Below are positions 26,301 through 41,300 of a stretch of 64,000 bases of DNA, piece after piece. The DNA comes from Antedon mediterranea (Eukaryota; Animalia; Echinodermata). Numbering within the stretch: the first letter of the stretch is position 1; every line of letters starts with the position of its first letter. Where the stretch lies: assembly GCF_964355755.1 (NCBI RefSeq), contig NC_092680.1, positions 2,976,001 to 3,040,000 of the forward strand, read 5' to 3'. The translations under genes were made by a program, and so were the position numbers. A model generated the notes under the pieces. That model searched no databases and was not told the origin of the DNA. It saw only the letters and a list, made by a program, of their open reading frames with translations.

Positions 26301-29300
26301 TGAAGTAGATTCTTCTACCTTTCTTCAAACGACAAAGGACCTTTTCCTGGCCTGAAATAATTATCCAATATACTACTAGTCAAAACATACACACTTGTAT
26401 ACAAATTATGCTAAATAAAATGTGTTATCATTAATGAACATTTAGACACTTTGAAGTATTTAATATTAACAACAGCACAATATACATATCACATTCACAC
26501 CCCAACCTGCCGCAACCACACTTCCTCCAAACCCGCAACCTCATCCTCACCCCTCTTTAAAAAAATGCCAAAAAGAGAGATCTAAGTACAGATAACAATA
26601 TAGCTGATGAACAACTGTTGATATGATTATGTGAGGGCGTGTGCCGCAATGTGTTTACTGATTACTGATTGTGAGATCGTGGTTCGAATTCAACTTTTGC
26701 TCCATTGCTTGTATCCTTTAGGCAAACACTTTACTTACGTTTGCCTCTCTCCACCCAGGTGTATACATCGGTACCCGATTAGGTCAAGAAAAAATTTTGC
26801 ACCGATTACTAGCTGCATTATGGGAGTATGTTTCCATACAAGATCCAAAATAATGTGCAGCGCATTCAGAGATTGCTTATATACGATAAGAATGAACTAT
26901 TATATTATAATGATTGATAATGATGACAATGACAGGGGTTAATAAGAACAGTATTAATGACGCTATGGTAAAAACCCATTAGCAAATACATTACACTATC
27001 TGTAAACAATTAAATACTTTGTTACCTTTGCAAGTCAAACAGCTCCTTAAACATACAGATTACATACAAAGGTTTAGTATCCTCATCTAAACTCCAGGGT
27101 GAAAAATCATATCTGTAAATAAATTATTACATAACAACAGTAAATATTATTGTGTGTAATAGTAAAAAAAATAAGAATATTGAGCAAAAAATATAGCTGT
27201 CTCTGGGATAAAAGAAAACATGACATCCGATATAAAAGAAATTAATTATGGAGCATATAACAAGGATTATTACATAACAACAGTAAATATCATTGTGTGT
27301 AACAGTGAACAAAAATAAGAATATTGAGCCAAAAATATAGCTGTCTCTGGGATAAAAGAAAACATGACATCCGATATAAAAAAAATTAATTATGGAGCAT
27401 ATAGGATTGTATACAGTAGAAACACTATTTATTAAGCTCTGTTTACACTATCAAACTTTATGTGACAAAAAAATGTGATGTGCCCATATAATATGGACAT
27501 GATGATGTCATATCACTACCATATTTGGTTATATCACTACCATGTTTGGGCACATCACAGTAGTTTGATAGTGTAGACAGAGCTTAAATCAGGTTACCTT
27601 GCAAGGTCTGGCACAGGATCAGGCACTTGCATATTTATTAGCTTGGTGAACTCCTCTTCTGAACATTGGCGATGGTAGCTTAAGATCTCTAAGGCTACCC
27701 GGTGTTTTTGCTCTGACCGGCGTATCTTGTCGTACAGTTTGGCGTGATGTAATGCCAGGCCACAGTAAACCGCAAACGTTTCAAAAGCTTGTTCGTCTGC
27801 CCGAGTAAATGCGCCACTCTTTTTATTCACCATCTGCACTACACCGATAATGCTTCAGAAACAAAATGTACAGTATATAGGAGATTGATACCTATGTGCA
27901 TGAAAATGAGCAATAGGAAGATGCTATGACAAATTAGATCTCTAAAGTAGATCATTTTCATCAGGTTTTAATAATGATAATTAATTTCGAGGTTGAATCG
28001 TTGTTTCAAAATGTTTGTCTACCAATCAGAGAGAGTAACAAAATCCTGAAGGAAACAGAGAACAAACCTCTGACATCACAACCTTGAATTGACCAATGAC
28101 AAGCGACAGTACGAATAATCCATCGATTGTTATTGGTCAATCTACTTGCGTTGCAAACAAACAAACTTTATGTGACAACAAAAAGTGATGTGCCTATATA
28201 TGGTGATGATGTCATATTACTACCATATTTGGGAATATCACTACCATATTTGGGCACATCACACTGGTTTGATAGTGTAGACAGAGCTTTAAGCCATGTT
28301 GTACTTACTGTCCTCTTATCTTAATTGGCATACAGAGTAGAGACTTTGTAACATAACCTGTCTGTATATCAACTTGTCTATTAAACCTATCGTCAAGATA
28401 GGCATCAGGGATGTTGAGGATCTCTCCAGATGTTGCTACGTGTCCAGCTACTCCTTTACCAATCGGAAACCTACAGAATGAAAGCAATTATATCTTAAGC
28501 TCTATATACACTATCAAACTAGTTTGACAAAAAAAGTGTGATGTGCCCAAATATGGCAGTGATATTATCAAATACAGTATGTCCATATCATGGGCACATC
28601 ACACATTTTTGTCAAACTAGTTTGATAGTGTGGACAGAGTTTAAATATTTCTTAGGGGAATAATATATCTTTTTATAGTGAGGAAACTGCAATTCTTTAC
28701 AGCTATAGCCCTCTCTTTTCCTTCATCATGTGATCTCACTGTGTGTACTTATATTTCAGAAATTCAGAAATTATTCTGACAGCGCAATCCATCATCGATA
28801 TATCAAATTTCAGATAATTATATGGATTATAGATCAGGTATTAAAATTGATGACATAAAGCTAACTGACTGAAGATAATAAGGTTTGGATATTACAGGTA
28901 AACTATCAAGAAAGTGACACATTCTTTATATTAACATATTGACATATATCAGTAGTCAGAATCATCATCTACACTGATCCAAACTGACTTGCTGTAATGT
29001 ATATGAACGTAAAAAAAACAACAGTATTTTGGTTATCACACACAGTTGCATGGTGTTCAGGAGACAAGTTGAACATCTGGGACGCCTCCCTGGTGACTTG
29101 GGAGGTTTGAACATTGTATTGCCCTGTATAGGTACTAGAGAATGTTTGAGATTGTTCTACAGTAACTACAGTTCAGTAGCTGGAAATACTCCATTAACTA
29201 AATATGGAAATGTAGTCCACTTTATTTACCGTATCTCTTTGTGATCTTTCGTAACAACTTGGCTCCCTTGGCCATCACCTACATCAAATATTCTGGCATA

Positions 29301-32300
29301 TAGCTCTTTGCTTTTGTTGTCCACCAGAAAAAGAGATGCCCTGTCTGCACTTACAAGACGCTGAGCAAAATTCTAAATATAATATATATATATATATATT
29401 AACATATTATTTATTAAATATATGGCCGCTAAAGTGGCACATCATGCATGTACCATACAATTCTAAGTGATTTTATTTTTATAAGGTATATTAGTAGGGG
29501 ATCACGGATGGGAAAATAGCTAGGGCAAGGAAAAACAAAATGTAAGGTGTTTTTAACCATTCAAAAGTGTGAATCATCATCACAACAAGAAGTATAGTAA
29601 TAATTTAGCAAACAGCCTTTTTTGAACTCTTCCAAGAAATATATTTTTCAAAAAACATCAATTTTGGGGTCATTTTAGGATGTTGTCTGACCTTTTAAAA
29701 TTGGCAGTAGAACCCCTATTAAGGGGAGACTTTCCCATGAAACACACACAAAATAATATGTTGCCAATTTTAGTCAATGCCTATTCAGGGGACACCTGTA
29801 AAATAAGGGAAGACATTTTTGTATCTAAAAGGTGTCTATTTCAGCATAGAGATATTATAGTGAATATCTCTATGATTTCAGGTACTGTATCTATACTTGT
29901 ATCTTTTTGAGGAAAGAGTAATATTTGAGGAATTTTAAATGTGTAGTAGTACTTCTGTGTATAATTGTAAGTAAATGAAAATGATACCTGTCATAGGTCC
30001 CACTTAAGAACTATTATTAATGTGAAATATCCGAAAAAGATTAGCAATAATAAGTTATATTTGGTAACAAATACTAAACCTTTATCTGAGAATGTAAATA
30101 AACTTAGGTGGTCTATGCTTGGCCATATACTTAGAATGAGTGAAGATACTCCTGCTTTTTCAGCATTGGTGTTTGGTATAGTACACTCTAATTCAATAAA
30201 AGGGCGAATTGGAAAACATCAAACCAATCTGTTAAGTACACTTAGAAATGATTTATTTATCAGATTTTTAAGATAAATAATTTTAACGACCTAATTAATT
30301 TGCGTGAGATTGCCAGTAACAGAAATAAGTGGCTTTTGTTATTTTGAATCTTTATTTTTACATTATTTTATATTTTTTGTTGTTGTAGGATGCATGCATA
30401 TAAGAACGTATCAGATTTTGTAAATCCACAGTGCGTGGTTTTGTTACATTTTTTGGAATAAAGTTACCTATATATATATATATATAAATGAAAATTATAT
30501 TGATTGACACATGAATGTAATAGCTACCAGGGAACTAAAAATCAATAAAGCTGCATTATGAAATATATATCTCACCATTATTTTCATAATGACACTGTCC
30601 ATACTTATTATATCTTGAAATATCGATCTATATGAAATAATAATGAGGGTGGGAAAAGCATTCAATATAAAAATAACACAATTAACATCAAGCATTTGGT
30701 TAGGTACATCAAAATATAAACTCTACTAAGCATAACCTTGGTAACAAACAATTAAATTATTTTTGAATATTAAACAAAACTAATCAAACGACAGGCTTTG
30801 ATGTGATTAAGTTTCACAAATTTCATTTCTTAATCAGCCCTTGATTATATTTTTCAATCAATAATGTGATTAATTTTCCTCATGGTTAATTGACGCCAGT
30901 GCATATTTTTTCATCAGTTTAAATGCCCACACGTCTTTGATTCTTGCATATTTTTTTATTTATTATATAACTTTACATTTCAAAGATGTATACACTTTAA
31001 ATTACTCTTTGAGATTGAGATGTTTAAAGCTCTGTCTACACTATCAAACTTTATTTGACAAAAAATGTGATGTGCCCATATATGGACATGATGATGTCAT
31101 ATCACTACCATATTTGGGCATATTACTACCATATTTTGGCACAACACACCTTTTTTGTAAAACTAGTTTGATAGTGTAGACAGAGCTTTCGACAACCAGG
31201 TTGACGATCTAAGTTTGGCCGCCCTGTGGTTCATAAAACTTCTTTGTTATTTTACAAATATTCAGATACATATTGGATGAAAATACAGTGATTACATTTG
31301 CTATTGGCAAAACTTGGCAATATGCCAATGTAATCAATAAAAATATAAATCATAATTAATTATTACTCCACTTACTTCGTAACGTTCATTATAAAATCGT
31401 TGAGTTTTCTTTGCCGCGTCATGTTTTGATAAATCTAATAAAAAAAAAATAATGTAATATAAAAATTATAATAATTTTTTTTAAAAATACAAAAAATGAT
31501 GAAATAGATTGTGCTATTTTAGATTATAGATCAAATTATTATATATACAATAATATAAACAATATTTTATTTTAGATTGCAAGATAAAATTTAAAACACA
31601 AGGGTCTTATGTAATAAAATAAAATTACTAGTAATGTAAAAAAAAATAATTGAAGATGTTTTTAAAGATATTTAAAGAGTTTAACCATTTTAAAAACATA
31701 TCAATTCCCTCACATCTATTAAGCCGTGAATTTAATGTTCTCTAAAAACATAAGCAGGAAATCCTCTTTATATAAATCTGTTGACCTTTTAAACTAAAAA
31801 CAAGATAATCAAGAATCTGTTTACATTACTACATTGTACAATTCTATTTTTCTTATTCGTCTGTATATTATTATTATAAAAATGTAATATAATTTTATGT
31901 ATGAAAAACTCAAATTACATTTATCAGTTGTATTTGTAAAATGTTATCTTAAAATGCTGAAGTGATAATTTGGATGTTGTTTATGTTTATTACTCTTTTT
32001 CAATACATCAAAACAAATTTAAAACAAAAAAAATATGTCTCAGGGTGGGCTTAAATCCAGATTGGGACCTCAGGGTGAGCTTGTACAAAGATACACTTAT
32101 GTGTGAAAAACTTAAATTACATTTATCAGTTGTATTTGTAAAATGTTCTCTTAAAATGTTGACGTAATAATACATATCCATTTGGATGTTTTTTTGCATT
32201 TATTACTCTCATTCAATTCATCAAAACAAATTTAAAACAAAAAACCTTACAACTTGCACGTCATTGTAAGATAAGTACGTGTTTGCTGTACTATTGAAAC

Positions 32301-35300
32301 ATGTAATAAACAACTAATTAAAATTATGAGTTAAATTCTCAAAATGCTGAGCATGCAATATAGAATTATCAAATAGAACGTTTTACAGTGCAAGGAACAA
32401 ATACTGTTTGATATTAACCGATCAACTTCCAAGAACGGACATCAAATTAATCAGTTTTATCAACATACTGTATGTAGTATATGCGTTCATTCATTATACC
32501 TATACAAACAATGTTTAAGAACATTAATGTTTTTAAACTAGCAAAAGATAATGTCCATCTAATACTACTTCCAATCTCATAATGTTGCCATTAAAATATC
32601 TAAAACAAATTAATTTCCCAAAATAGGAGTAATTAATTTCAAGAAAGCTACCTTCAATCAGAGAATTTGAATTTAATTATAGTAATAAAGTATAGCATGA
32701 TCTTGTTCATATAGATCAATACAATCATTAGCAATAACTACTTACAGGTATAAATATATTTTTTAGTCGAGCAGGTTGTGTTTTATCTTATGATGGGCTT
32801 ACAGATACAGATTCCTTTTATTATCCAATATAATGGAAATTAAAGTGCTCATAGTGCTTGGCTTGCCTAAATATAAAAATATGTCTGAGTCTCAGGGTGG
32901 GCTTAAATCCAGGTTGGGACCTCAGGGTGTGAGCTTTACAAACTGAATATGCACTCAGAATATAACTATCAATACTGTTCTTTTTCTAAATTATTTGTCA
33001 ATTTTGTTTTTCTAATTTTTTCCTTGTTTTCTTTATACTTGCCCCAAGTCTATATTTATTGTCTTTTTATGTATATTTAACCAGTCGACGTTTTAATACG
33101 TATGAAACGCCATATGTGCCAAAATATTTATCTTTTTACTAATATTAAGCCATATAAACGTCTGTATGAATTGATTGAATATTTCAGATTTTTTTTTTAA
33201 TATCACGAAAGATAATCTCAATTTGCCAAAGTAGTAATTATTACATTCATGTTTCATAATATTCTCATTAAAACCTCTAACAAGGAATTAATTCCCCAAA
33301 AGTAATGCATTTCATGAATGATTATGTACTTTCATTGTAACCTGAGGCTAGAATAAGCATCTACTGTACATTAATATTTAAAATCAAGATTTATAACTAT
33401 ATAGTTGCACTGATGAAGGGCTAGTGTTGCCCGAAAGCTCTACTAATTTTTCTGGCTGTTTTACTTTATCGTTTTGATTTAGCTTTCTGCTTACTTTATT
33501 TTGTATCTCCATTGATATCCAGCCACTGATACCCACAGCATTGCCATCTTGTCAGTAATTTGCCTTTGAATTACTGTATAATATTTAAAAGGAACAATAA
33601 CAATGTTGGCTATAAACTATGAAAGTATTTTATTATTTTACAAAGATGTATTGTTATTAATATTTATTTCTTAAAACTGGACCTAGTATTGATATTTCAC
33701 CTAAAACATGGTTATCTATTTGTATAGTGTAATCTTTTAAGTTTCCTTTAAGCATGGAGGGTGGAATATGATGTTGTTTAGGCTTTTCTGTCTGTGTAGT
33801 ATATGTATTTATTATTGAATTCATTCTTGTTGTATATTAATTTATGAAAATATTGTACTGTAATTTTCGGTGAAATTCAATAAGTGAATAGAAATGTATT
33901 CATGTGCAGAATTAGGAGAAACAGAGGATATTATATACTGAAGTGGAGTGTAGCCTGGGGAGAATGACATTTATCTGCAATCAACCCCCACGCTCTGCTG
34001 TTAAACTTGTTTGTGAGGAAATAAATCACCATTAGGAACTACATGTAGATAAATGGTTTATGACAACACATCAAATTTAAGACAACAATGTTGTCACAAT
34101 CTGTGCATAAATCCTCAGGAATTATATAATAATGAATCTTTATGAATTGAAATATTCCTTAATTTAACGAATACAAAACATTTATTATTTGTTTTATAAC
34201 ACACCTACTATGAATAATTTCAACAACAGTACTACATAGGTCTAGGCACAGGACTAGACTTTTAGGAGACAGAAATCCTAGCAAAACGGAAAATTTCACT
34301 GATAAACTCCTGTTCTAATAGAGCTAATATTGAACGACATGTGAAACATAATTAACAAATCAAATGGCAAGAAAACACAAAATTTCACTGATAAACTCCT
34401 GTTCTAATAGAGCTAATATTGAACGACATGTGACACATAATTAACAAATAAAATGGCCAGGAAACACTCTGGTATGTTATAACTCATAGTACACTCATTA
34501 TTTGTTCAATAGTGCCTTTGAAAAGCTATACCTTTTTGGGACACCTTTATTAAGGAGACACTAGTTCTACAAACAAAATGCAGTATATGCCAGGATTGGC
34601 TGTACTGTTTGCCTTTTTAAAACACTACAGCCAATCCCTATTTAGAGGATACCCGTACTGAGGGTCGACCCGAGGGTGTCCACTAATAGAGGTTCTACTG
34701 TAATTCTTTAATAGTGTAGTGCGAGAACTTACCTCATTCTCATAGTTTGAAGAACTAACGTGCTATAGACAAATATTCACCAAACAACATTGATTAGGTA
34801 CATAAAAAAAGAAAAAAAAAGGTAGTGAAAGGATTTAAATTATAATGTGAGAATACAATGATAGATAGAACAAGAAAATAACATATAAGATTTTTTTTGA
34901 CAAAAAAAAAATATACATATATATAAATTTACATCAAGTTTGTTTAAGTACTAATACTTGAAATGATGAAGGGCTAGTGTTGTCCGAAAACTCTGCTAAT
35001 TTTTATGGCTGTTTTACTTTATCGTTTTAATTTAGCTTTTTGCTTATTTTATTTTGTATCTCCATTGAGATCCAGCCACTGATACCCACAGCATTATTTT
35101 CAGTAATTTGCCTTTGGATTTATATATACATTTACATTTACAATTATTTTAAAATTAAAAATAATTATTATTATTTTTTTTTTAAATCAAACTTTTAATA
35201 CACGATTTTATTTTCCTATTTAACTTCTGACAATTGGAAACTGTATGCATTCTGTGATAATAAACACACCGATCCTAGAAGTGGGTATGTAACACAAGTT

Positions 35301-38300
35301 CATACCTTTCATGTTTAAATCCAACTTTTAATAAAAGATTTTATTTTGCTAATAATAAATCACATAGCGTCGATCCTAAGGGGTGGGTATGTATATTTCT
35401 AAACACAATTTTATATCTTTCATGTTTAAAATAACTAAATACACGATAAATTTTATTAAGCTATGCCACAGCAGATGCTGTCAAACTGCATGCAAAGACA
35501 TATGTATCATAAATGCCAGTTGCTTTATATATTGATGTCAATTTGTTTTTATGTGAATTTTTTTTGCGTTACATAATTTTCTCATTTTTTTGACACAACA
35601 TCGTGTTTATTGAATAAAATTTATATGGCACATTGAAAGGAAACGTGTGACTTCATTATCAATAGCCTCTGAACTGGACTGCATTGCTGTTATCAATAAT
35701 AATGTAAAGAATCGTAATTATGTAAAGACAGTTAATAGTTAAAGATGATGTATTTTCTCCATTAAAAACATAAAACATCATATTTTGAATAGGCCATTTT
35801 GCAGTTTCAATAAAATCATTCATTGCATAGTAAAAAAAGGAACAAAAATAAAAACAAAATAAATGGTTGCATTTAACCAAAAACCATTGTGACAAAATAT
35901 TGACTATTTTTTACTTAAATTACAGTTTTTTCAGGTAAATATTAATATTTTTCCAACTTTTGGTCAAAGTGAATAACTATTATGTTATAAAAAATTATTT
36001 TATAAGGGGGACGATACATCATCCGCAACCACGCCCACATGTGGGAACGTACCAACGTACCACCGTCATCATTTCATTTTCACGATATAGACTATAATAA
36101 TGTTAAGCTCTGTTTACACTATCAAACTTGATGTGACAACAAATGTGATTTTCCCATATATGGACATGATGATGTCATATCACAACCACATTTGGACATA
36201 CCACTAACATATTTAGGTACATCACTACCATATTTAGGCACATCACTACCATATTTAGGCACATCACTACCATATTTAGGCACATCACTACCATATTTAA
36301 GCCTTAAATGATGAGGTATCAACTACTATAAAGTAACAAATGTCAACGTCAGCAATCATCTCAAACGTCATTTAACTGCTATTTTTAAATAAATTGATAT
36401 TAACCTTTGTAGAATGCACTAAAAGCTTGACATTTAAAAGTCAGTATAATGATTATTGAATGTGTTTTGTATGTCTTGTCATACTATATTAATTAGAAAA
36501 AAACTTTTATTGCAGCATGTCGTTTAAGCAAATCATTAAAGTATTACATTTGTTTGAAATAAAAACAATAATTTACAAGACTGTGTCACACTAGTATTTG
36601 TTGACGAGAGAGACTGCAATCCAATTTCTCACTATGAATGCTTGATGTGTGTCCCCTATCCCTACCACCTTCTTTTCCAACTACCAGTATTAGGAAGCTT
36701 TTGATTTGCAACAAATGTTGTATACAAATAAAGTGTTCAACACTCTGTACACTATCAAACTAGTTTGACAAAAAAAATGTGATGTGCCCAAATATGGTAG
36801 TGATATGACATCATCCATATATGGGCACATCACATTTTTTGTCACATAAATTTTGATAATGTAGACAGAGCTTAATGTAATGATGGGTAAACAAAATACA
36901 AAACATGAATAAATATTAAAAGAAAAGTGTAACAATTTTTTTTTTAAATACACAAAATAAATACAATGGCGAGTGATGATGAGTAAGATGAGAAAACTTT
37001 TATATATATATATATTAATGTTATGTAATAATGTTCCTACCTCTGCATAGTAGTAGGCAAGGCTTCCCCATACTAAAAAGTTGCTTGCAATCTAAAAAGG
37101 AAGAAATATCCACAAATCATAATTATCAAAGCCATCTCCTAGTCCTATCTCAATTAAATTCTACATTTAATAAAAAAATATACATTAATCTGTACCCTTC
37201 ATCATTAAAATATGGGACATACCAAAGCATATCAATATTTATGTAATAATAATATATGTTCTAAACTAATTTTTTATGAACGTCAATTTTAGTTCGCAAA
37301 CTTCTGATGGGTGACAAGATCCCTGTTTAAGTCTACAATTATTTGATTATTTATTTTTATATATTTATTATTTTTGTTGGTACTGTATGTAAATCATAGT
37401 GTGTTGGCGACTGTCCAGCAGAACTTTATAAAATATTTATAAAATTAATTTGTTATCATAAATTCAATATAAAAAATATTCTATGCTGTGAATAACAGAT
37501 AATTATATAAAAAAATTGTTATTTAATATAATCATAATTTTCTTGCCAATGACAATATTTTAGGTGACAATACACCTTTAATTTACCTCTTCCTCCGATT
37601 CTGTAAAACCGGGATGGTTGGTCTTTTTATGGAATTCTAGGACACCTGCAACGAACATTACACAAAAAGACTAATAAAAAATGTATCATTGAATCAATAA
37701 AGAGAAAAACAACTTAAGCTCTGTCTACACTATCAAATTAGTTTAACAAAACAAATGTGATGTACCCAAATATGGTATTGGATTTGACATCATCCCTGTC
37801 CATATATGGGCACATTTTTTGTTGTCACATAAAGTGTGATAGTGTAGACAGAGCTACAGATTACAAAGAGATGACGGCAATTAAGGCAAGGAGATATTAT
37901 AAATTAATCCAAACTTGCATTCAGTATATTTTCAGTATAAATGAGGTACAACACACAATAATTTAAAATCAATTGAAACAAACAAAACTGTATGCAAACA
38001 ATTACATCATGCCAACACTTCCGTTTTACCAAGGAGAATCCAGTATTTTTAAGTTATCACCCAGCTTAACATTGATTTTCCCAGTTTTTCACACTTCTCC
38101 GGAAAACAAAATGTAGTTTATTTGAAAGTGTTTTATTAGGCCAGAGTCAACAATCCACACAATACTGTACACAGGCATCAGTTAAAGGTCTACTACAGAT
38201 TAAGTGCCAAAAACCTAGACTGTATTAAAATACTCACTAAACATACTACAGTGTGATGTGCAAAACTAAGAATGTGGAAAGCACAACAGTGTTAAATTGA

Positions 38301-41300
38301 AAGTGATGTAGGCTAAACCAATTTTACAGCATGGCCAAATCTACTATAAGTGTGTGAACTGAAACCACTATACAACAGTGTGAAAAACCTATTATAAATG
38401 TGCACAAAACTGCTATTACAAAACAGAGTGAAAAGTTGATCTAAATATGTATACTTTACAAGCTACTTGCAAAAGAAGATACTAAGAGTACAACAATTAC
38501 TAGAGATGGAACAACTAAACTTATTCACCAGTGTGCCACAAATACTACAGAAGTGCATCAATACTACAAATATACTACATGAGCGTGCCGCAAGAAGTGC
38601 AAAACCACAAAATTACTACAGTAATACATATAAAAAACTGCAGTAACTAGCAATATAGAGATGTTGGTGAAAGTAAAGTGTCCAAAAGTACTACATGGAA
38701 ATTTAGGGAATACTATTTAATATCTTTAAATCATTAGGCTAATATATTCGAATACCATGTATTCTGAAACTACTATAGTCATAAAAAAGTAAAAATCAAA
38801 ATATATTTTGAGCAGCATCTTATTCAATTTCATTTCATCTATTTCGTCTTACATATAACAACAAATAACAAACAATAGAGAGAGACAGGATTCCCAAAAG
38901 CGAACTAAATCAAACTGTCAAGTGGGTCTCCAAAACAACAATAGTGTTAAATAATATTAAAATAATATTAACATAAATCATCAATGAAAAACAAAGGTTA
39001 AATACTAACAGAAATGACTAAAAATAATATTACTGTACCAGCAACTTATATAAACTAATGAAATCATAATTAAAAATAATAATGATATGAAAGCTATGTG
39101 TTTTTTTTTTAAATACAGGTGGAGTTTGCCATAATATTTATGCAAATGAATCCAGGTGGCCGTGAAACACTAAGATGAGAATAGAGAAGAAACACAGTAC
39201 ATGTGAGGAGCTGTGTGTAGGATATGATTGTGTTAATATGTGTTGATACAATGTTGTATAAATACCCATAGCAGCTCCAAACATGTATATGCCTGGAAAT
39301 CCTGATGTTAAGACAAGGAGGGTTAGTCGGGATATTGTTAAGAATGTTTAAAAAAAAGCTTTGGAAAGTAGCAAGCAAGCAATTATGTAAGTTTAAACAG
39401 CAACTCTGGGTTTAATATTGCTTAAACCCTGTCTACACTATCAAACTTTATGAGACAAAAAAATGTGATATGCCCATATATGGACGTGATATGTTATATC
39501 ACTACCATATTTAAGCATATCACTACCATATTTGAGCACATTACTACCATATTTGGGCACATCACACATTTTTTGTCAAATTAGTTTGATAGTGTAGACA
39601 GAGCTTTACTGTGAATGTAGTCATAAATTAAAAAAAAAATACAACTTTCCTACACTGTCATTGTGAAAATATATGATTATTTATACTAAAAACATATTAA
39701 AAATTTGTAGTAATGCTTCCAAGAAAAAGCTATATAAATAGAAGTGTTGATTTACTGGAATGATGGGAATAAAAAATACATTAAATAACACATAGTTATG
39801 ATTGATGTCATAGTATAGCAATTTTAAACCCAGAATTGCTATGTAAATACTCAAAAAGATACACAATACAATAGAAGATAGGAAAATAGTTATATTAACT
39901 CTACTCTACAGTTATGTGTACAAGACAAATGACACAGTCCTTCATCTAAAACAAAACCTAAAGAATCCAAGAATGATAATTATGAGTATATTATAATTAA
40001 TTTAAAGATGGAGGCAGGTTAGTTTTGGTAAACATCAGTCAAAATTAAAGGGAATTGGTAATGTCATCTAGATAAAACTAATCCAAATATTTCTAATGTC
40101 AACTTGATGGCACCTAATACAATTCAATTTGGCATTTAAGTCACCTCATTCTGAGGGTAGAATATTGGGTTTTTTTTAATGTTGAAAATGACTTGCCAAC
40201 CAGTTCGGTTATGTAAATTACTGACAAAATAGTGCCTTGATTATGGAAAGAGTCATGTATTTACAATTTCTTTGCGCTTGTTATTTCAGACCTCACCTTT
40301 ATACCTTTTTTTGTCTTGATTATAAATTCTTTTCTTCTTATTTTAGCTTGGTCTGATAATGATAATTTTACTGGACTTACAGTTAGAATTTAATCAACAA
40401 AAACTTAATTTCGAAGCCTCTGAATTAGCAATTGGATATCAGATAATTTGAATAATCACTTTATGAATGACCTAGCAAGAAAATTATAGTTAAGATTCAT
40501 AAAATTGATTAACGACTGAACGTACTTACCAGATACATTGTTATTAGCATGAAAAATGGGTAGGCCTAGAGCGGCTTTGATTGTTGTGTCCTTAAGTGCA
40601 AGGCCTTCCGGATACTGCGTATGCTAAAGTTAACATATAAAGCTTGATTAATAATGAATCGTTAAGGGTAAAAAACATGATTACATTGAACATTCATTAC
40701 ACAGTATCCATCCAAATAATGGACTCGTTACTGAAGATTAATTTCTCTTCGTATCTTTAGGAGGCTACATTTTCTTATTTTTAATAGCATTAATGGAAGG
40801 TTATAATGGACATGATTAGTAATTACACACTGTGAGTGAGTGTGACTGTGACAGCAATTGTATGCAGAAAACCACATACTACATTTGATGGAAATTTGAA
40901 GTATAATCTCTCACAGTAGCTATACTGTAAAGCCTTGTCTACACTATCAAACTTAATGTGACAAAAAAATGTGATGTGCCCATATATGGACATGATGATG
41001 TCATATCACTACCATATTTAAGCATATTACACTTTTTTTGTCACACTAGTTTGATAGTGTAAACAGAGCTTAAAATGCAAAATATGGAACGGTATGAATA
41101 GTATTAAGGTACCTGTATTAAAGTTTATTGTTTAATAGATCAAGATGTTCTATTAAATTTATTTTAAAGACATTACTGAGTAAATTTGCATTGTTGCATT
41201 TAAATTAATTTATTTATATTTTACTGTTTAGATTTAAGATATTTGTTTGGTCGGATATTTTATAATAAGATATTTGGTGCATTTTAAGAAATTTGTTTAA

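Noticed and set aside
36122-36322. ORFs with KYGSD(V/I)P repeats (also 43380-43700)
   Set aside because: In-frame reading of the 21-bp MITE internal unit; not a gene.
38820-39380. Possible minus-strand L2-like LINE 3' relic
   Set aside because: The tail and hairpin are suggestive, but protein similarity is too weak to call by eye.
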